A stretch of DNA of 64,000 nt from the human T2T-CHM13v2.0 reference genome, Homo sapiens. The stretch lies in the NCBI RefSeq assembly GCF_009914755.1, contig NC_060929.1; one strand, given 5' to 3'. The position numbers and the translations under genes are program-made. The number at the start of each line of letters is the position of its first letter. The stretch's first letter is position 1. Shown in pieces: positions 57,690-64,000 of the stretch. The notes under the pieces are model-generated. The model saw nothing but the letters and a program-made list of their open reading frames with translations. It had not been told where the DNA came from and made no database searches.

Positions 57690-60600
57690 TTTTTAATTCC
57701 CTCATAAGGAAATCCACATATGGAATATTGTAATTGCTCTCAAATGTTTCCTTGTACATTTTTCTAGTCAATCTGCCTGTTATTCCACATGTAACTGGTG
57801 TCCTGATTGCTAATTCCACAGAGTACTAGTAACTATTCTTGAATTTCATGAAAAGGGAGCCATAAAATATATATATATTGTAGCTGGCTTTTTCATTATC
57901 ATAATACTTTTTGTTATTCATCTATATAATTACCACTATTTGCTCATGTTTATTACTGAATAGTAATTTACTTCATGAATATACCATCATTTGTAAATAC
58001 ATTATTCTATTGATGAACATTTTGGAGTAGTTTTCAGTTTTAGGTTATTTTTAATAATGCTACTGTGTATATTTGTATGCAAGTCTTTGTATGGACATAT
58101 GCTTTAATTTTTCTTGGGTAAATAGTGAGGAGCAGAAAATTTAGGTCATATGGTGAGTGTATGCTTAACTTTAAAAATATTTGTTTAATTGACAAATTAA
58201 AATTGTATATATTTCTGTTGTTTAACATGATGTTTTAAATTATGTATACATTGTGGAATGACTAAATAGAGCCAATTAGCATATGCATTAACTTTTTAAG
58301 AAACATTCAAATTCTTATTCAGAATGTTTTTACCATTTACATTCTGTCTAGCAGTGTATCAGCATTCCAGTTGTTCCAAATTTTCACCAACACCTGGTGT
58401 GATCAGTCTTTTGAAATTTTAGACATTCTAATAGGTATATAGTTGTATTATATTATGGTTTCAATCTACATTTCCCTATTAACTAATGGTAAGCATTTTT
58501 AAGGTTCTTACTTGACATTTATATATCTTCTTTGATGTAGAAACTGTGAAATCTTTTGCTCATTTTCTTCAAATTGGTTTGCGTGTTTGTTTTATTGAGT
58601 TTTGGGTGTTTGTTATATCTGGATCTAATTTCTTTATTAGTTATACTATTTATAATATTTGATATTTTCCCCCAACATATGGCTTGTCTTTTTGTTTTCT
58701 TAAGAGCAAAAGTTTCTACTTTTGATAAAGTCTTAGGTATTTTATGGAGCATGGTTCTAGTGTCATATCCAGTAAGCACTGGCCTTAACCTAGGTTAAAC
58801 ATAATTTCTATTCTGTTTTCTTCTTAAAATATTTATAATTTTAGATTTTACACTTATGTTTATGACTCATTTTAAGTAACTTTTAAAATATGGAATAAAA
58901 TATGGATCAAAGTGAATTTTTGTGTTTGTTTTGCATAGGATTTTTAATGGTTACAGAAATATTAGTTAAAAATGATCTTTTCCCCACTGTAATACCTTTA
59001 CAATTTTGTCAAATATCCATTTGCTATATAGGTGTGGATCTATTTCTGGACACTCCAATCTGCTCTAGTGATCTATTCATTTATCATTATACTAAACTTC
59101 CACTGCCTTGATTATTATAATTTTATAATATATTTTGAAATCAGGTAGTATAAATCCTCTTAGTTTTTTTTTTAATTAAAGTCGCTTTGGCTATTCTAGG
59201 CCATTTTGATTTCTTTACAAATTTTAAAATTAGTTTTCAATTTCTTCAAAACTCTGTTGCAATATCATCTTAAAGCCTTTGAAACTTCAGATCATAAACG
59301 CAGTATGCCTTTCCAGGTATTTGAGTCTTTACATTTTTTTTCTCAACACTGTTTACTTTTTAGTGTATTTGTCTTGCACATATTTTTGAATTTATTTTAG
59401 AAATTTTCTATCTTATGCTACAATAAATGGTGTTATATATTTAATTTATATTTTAAATTGTCCTTTACTAGAGATGAAATTGATGTTTCTACATTTATCT
59501 TGTATCTTGTAATGTTAACTCTCTCCACTTAACAGTAGGATAATCAACAAAGTAGTTTTTGTGTAGATACCTACAGTTCTGCAGTCATTTCAAACAGTCA
59601 AACAGTCATTTCCTCTGCAAGCAGAGTTTTACTTCTTTCATTGTATGTTATATAGTGCTGCTAAGAAAGTATTTCAAAATGTGGTGGTTTAAAACAACAA
59701 TGGTTTATCATTGCTTATAATTTGGGTGTTGGTGAGGTGGGTTTTCTACCATTTTTGCTTAAGCTTATTCATGTGGCTGCATAAAAATTGCCTATGAGTT
59801 CTCCAATTTCTACAGACAGGAAACAGGCTAAAAAATTTACTTAGGTAAAAATATGATGCATTCCTTATGGAAAAGGAAAGAAACCTAAGACTTCTTGATG
59901 AGCGGAGTTACAAAATAATATTTCCATATTTAATCTACTGGAATATTAATATATCACTTTTTACTACATGTTACATGATTTTACTTATGAATTTGTTAAA
60001 TAAATTTTGCTGTGTATTTTTTAAGGATTTTGTCTATTTAATCAAATGTGTTGGCAAAAAAGTTGCTTATAATATTCACGTAATAGTCATTGTGTGTCTG
60101 CAGAATCTGTGGAGGCCCTCCATCTTTTTGTTGACATTAGTCATTTATCCCTCCTTTCCACTTGATCAGTCTTGCAAGGAGGTTATTATTTTTATTAGTC
60201 TTTCGAAGAATCATCTTTTGTCCTTGTTGATTTTCCATGCTGTATGCCTGTTTTCTATTGTAATGATTTGTGCTATTTACTTATTTATTCTTTGTACTTA
60301 TTTTTGCTTTATTGTGTTCTTTTATCATTGTTTTTTAAAAAGACATGTTAGATTATTTTTAATAAAAGCATTACAAACTATAACTTTACTATTTAGCATT
60401 TGTTTAGGATATTTCACTTATTTTTGTACATTATCTTTGAAATATCATTACTTAAAAATATGTTCTTTTTAAATGTTTTCTTCTGTAACTCATAATTTAG
60501 AATTGTATTATTTAATCTTTAAATATTTGAGAATTTCTAGATATATTTTTTTCAGCATTTCTAATTCAATTTATTTATTTTTTTTTTTGAAGCCAGAAAA

Positions 60601-60930
60601 CATACTCTGTGTGTTTTAATTCCTTGGACTTGATTGAGACTTGTTTCATGATTCAGCATATGGTCTGCCTTGGTAAGTGTTCCATATGCACTTGAAAAGA
60701 AAGTACTTGTTACCGTACTTGAAAATAATGTTCAATAAATTAAGTCATGATATTTGGAAGTGTTCAAATAATGTTCATCATTATATTTTTCCCTATTACT
60801 TACTATTGAGAAGGGAGTATTAAAGTCTTGAAGTATGATGGTAGATTTGTCTATTTTTTTCATAAGTTTGTTAGTTGATAAAAGTGATTTGACTACACAG
60901 TGTGTTTAAATACACAGAATTTGGAATTGT
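57690..60930 (-). mobile_element. Old L1MB/MC/MD 3' end and ORF2 fragments, with a nested ~110-bp L1MA 3' end (58181-58290) and an MLT1 fragment (~59642-59790)
   Basis: Minus-strand peptide 'KLSIHSPYDLNFLLLTIYPRKIKAYVHTKTC' (ORF2 C-terminus). Nested 'ttgacaaattaaaattgtatatat...gtatacattgtggaatg' flanked by ttaacttt; 'tggtggtttaaaacaacaatggtttatcattgc'. Confidence 0.75.
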
Positions 60931-61309
60931 TATTTACTTCTTTGGGAAAGACTGCTGTATGGTATTGTCTGACAGTGGTTTCAAGGAAAAAAAGTAATTG
61001 AAATTGAGAAGTTTGAGGGACTGGACTTTTAGAAAAATTGTCAAAGTGAATGTATTATCCCTGTGATTGGACTCAAATAGATCTAGTAGAAATCTTTTTT
61101 CATTAACTATCCTTGTGAAAATTTCTTTAGTTCTTGTATAGTCAGATAAAAGTGTATAGTTCAAATTGTTGATATATTCCTTGAATTTCCTTTTATATTA
61201 TCTTCTATTTGACCTTACCTAAGTCTCTTAAGTGCCTTAAAGTGAAGTGCTTGATTATTTCTTTTCATTTCTACCTGGTGCCAATAGTTCTCTGATCTGA
61301 ACAAACTAT

Positions 61310-61530
61310 GAGCTTATAAATCACAAAATATCTGCATTGAAAGGAACATCAGAGATATTATAATCTGACTGCAATTTAATCATGAGAATTCCTACTACAA
61401 AATCCCTTCAATGAAATGTCCAGCTTTTGCTAATACACTTCCAGTGACAAGGATGCAATCTGCCTTGAGACGGCCAATTCTTCAATTGATCTACTATTAA
61501 ATACTCAACATTGACTTAAAATTTGCCTTA
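61310..61530 (-). mobile_element. L3/CR1 LINE fragment
   Basis: 'tccagcttttgctaatacacttccagtgacaagg...tgccttgagacggccaattc' resembles the antisense CR1 3' region. Confidence 0.55.
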
Positions 61531-62599
61531 ATTACTTTTAAAATTAATCAGAATGCAGGTCTGTAATTTTTAGAAAATGTCATATATTTAAAAATTTCAA
61601 TTTACAAAAGAAAAAGTCATGAGGATAATAATTTGCAGTGTGATAGTGCATAGTTTAGAATGTCTATGCACACAAGTATATGCAGATATGCACACACTAA
61701 CAAGTCTATGCATTAGACTCCTGTTTCCAGTGCAGTTGGACAGGATTTATCTAAGGATAGGGCAGGATATTGTAAAGATTCAAATAAAGTTCAACCAAAA
61801 CTTGGTTAAGCAAAAATCAAGGAATAAATGTTTGTGTAAATGAGTGGGTTTTTAAAATTGGTTTATTTCACTGAAAAGCTTGTTGATAAATCTCACAAAT
61901 GTCCCAGTTTTAGTCCTTGTACAAAGACTACAAATATGGGAAAATTTTTCCAGAGAAACATCATGTTAATATTTGTTCTACTGTCAGAAATGATGAGAAT
62001 AGACCAGAAAAAACAGTAAGTGTCCACAAAAGTGGACAAGAGTTTGTAACAATGAATGGAAGGGAAATTACAATGAAAGGGAACAGTGAAATCAATCAAT
62101 GGCCTATTTTGTTCTCAGTTGGTTCCCAAGGGACTTGATATAGCAGCAGAAATGTGGCATCAGTAGTAGTCTTGTTCTTAAATTACATTATTAAATTGGT
62201 GACCAGAGTTTCAGACATAAATAAAATAATAAATTCAGGTGACACAGCTCAACTTGTGTTTTCTAGGAGATAGATACCATTTCATAACTGTTATTATGCA
62301 ACAATGACATATACATTCTGCATCTGTAAAAATGCTATTTCCTTGACATACGTTTATTATGCAATACAATATAATATGTAATTTAGTTCACCATTTATAT
62401 AAAGCCTGATGCTCCAAGTATCATAGTTGGTGAGTTAACTGTCATTGATTATATAATGGTGTTAAAACAATTTTAGTGAACAGCTTTTATCTATTATAAT
62501 CATTTATATTACCTTTTTCCCTCTCAAAAATACTGATTCCATTAAACTAACACTAAGATCCACTGGTTCAAGATTAAATATTTAATATTAGTTTGTTTA

Positions 62600-63420
62600 T
62601 ATTGTTCCACAGACATTCCTGTTTTTTCTCAAAATAGGTCATCTTACTTCATAATAATCTTATTTAAATAGCAGACTTTTTTGCACTATCGTGAAGTGGA
62701 AGTCTCTAAGCATTTCTCATGGTTCCTTGGTGGAATGGTCACTTAATGATCAAATTAGAGCTCACTCAACCAGATCTGTGGTAACAACAGTTAGTAGGCT
62801 GCAGTCAGTTCTCCTGCTCAGATTTACAGAGCATCCAGGTGGAGTTCATTACTGTGAATCACCCAGCATGGTCCCCTGGCAGCAGATTACGAAAACAGTT
62901 TAAATTAGACATGGCTGCACTGCGAAACCTATTCCTCGTTCAAAATGTAAGGACCCCCTACGCTTAGCCACATATGTCTTATCTGTAGCTGCCTTCTATC
63001 CAGGGAGGTCTCTATTACTATTTGCTGCTGTATTTGTACAATACCTAAAATATTTATAAATCTGAATGCTAAAAAATTACAGATTTGCAGCTAATACATT
63101 CCACAGCTGCATGTTTTTGGTTTGCAAATTTATAACTGGGAATTTACTACTACTAACAAATTCCAGCTTTTGAACAATTGGATATATTTCTCCAACTTGG
63201 TATATTGCCCAGTATCTGTTATTCTCACTCCCCAGGCTGGGATGGCTGCAATGGTGGTAGACCCTCTGGGGAGGGAGGAGGGATAGATGGATGAAACTAT
63301 TTGCCATCAGTCACCAACAGCCCCTCTGGCGGATTAAGTAGCAGGTGTTAATAGGAACCCAAGGGAGTGCTCTCCAGTTCCCTTTAGCTAGAATGATAAG
63401 TGACATGATTCAAGGCCTGA
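62600..63420. promoter_or_regulatory. Candidate conserved non-coding element / enhancer
   Basis: Repeat-free and more GC-rich than flanks. Motifs: E-boxes (CAGCTG ~63104, CAGGTG ~62836 and ~63342), homeodomain sites (TAATGA, GGATTA ~63331), POU-like TTTGCAAAT. Inference only. Confidence 0.3.
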
Positions 63421-64000
63421 AGGGTTTGGGGACCTTTGAGGGAGGGGGAAGGGAAGTGGACTTGTAAAGCAGGAAATATTAGCGTGGTATGTTGTTTTGA
63501 AAGGCTTCTCCTAATGTTAAGATGATTTGCAGTTTTGAAGACTTAAATAATGAAAATTCTGATACAGATGTTCCAGGCATTAAAGAAGGAATGAGGAAAT
63601 ATTATAACCTTTAAAAGCACTGCTCATACTCTATAATTTTGTTCTCATTGAAGCTTTACTGAAAACACTATTATAAGATTTAATTATTGTTTTTAACAGT
63701 CATTTATTATATAGATAGGCAAGAAAGTATACATCATGAAAATAATGTGGAAAGATGCCATAGACTTTTCAAAATAGCAAAACATATGTTCATACAGAAA
63801 ATGCACAAAGAATCAATAGATGTGATTGATATTCTGAGTCAGTGATAATTATTAAACTATAATAAACCTCAAATTTTGTTTTCTCTATAAAATTCATTTG
63901 TTTCTTTCCTTTGTCTCAGAGGAGGTTTTTAATACCAAAGTTTTAAATTTGACATATATGGTATTAAAATATGTTAAGAACTTTATTGATGTTTAACAGA

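Noticed and set aside
59867-60472. 201-aa + strand ORF
   Set aside because: It lies on the T-rich antisense strand of a decayed L1M ORF2; the F/L/I/C-rich composition is typical of such spurious frames and shows no domain.
62729-62756. Faint resemblance of 'gtggaatggtcacttaatgatcaaa' to the AmnSINE1/Deu core
   Set aside because: The match is too short and too degenerate to call without a profile search.
63077-63307. 76-aa minus-strand ORF in unique sequence
   Set aside because: No recognisable protein similarity and no convincing splice structure; this length is expected by chance.

Overview
AT-rich, repeat-dense primate genomic DNA, probably hominine (it carries L1PA2, L1PA3, AluJ/S, THE1/MST), most likely intronic or gene-desert. 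I found no host protein-coding exon, RNA gene or CRISPR array that I can support. Nearly all long ORFs come from transposons. Recognisable elements: a full-length, ORF-disrupted L1PA2 with TSD, YY1 site and an open 102-codon ORF0 (49437-55483, - strand); a composite L1PA6/L1PA3 insertion with a twin-priming inversion (21798-23377); a full-length Tigger1 holding two nested MST LTRs; a truncated MLT2/ERVL provirus; THE1 LTRs; seven Alus; and old L1M, L2, MIR and CR1 debris. The main unexplained structure is a ~265-bp, ~80-85% identical inverted duplication whose arms (35541-35805 and 43387-43652) enclose 7.6 kb. Also notable: several template-switch hairpins, a 57-bp dispersed doublet inside a TA-rich patchwork, and two repeat-free blocks that look like enhancers. 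Subfamily calls rest on remembered consensus diagnostics and manual alignment, not on database searches.
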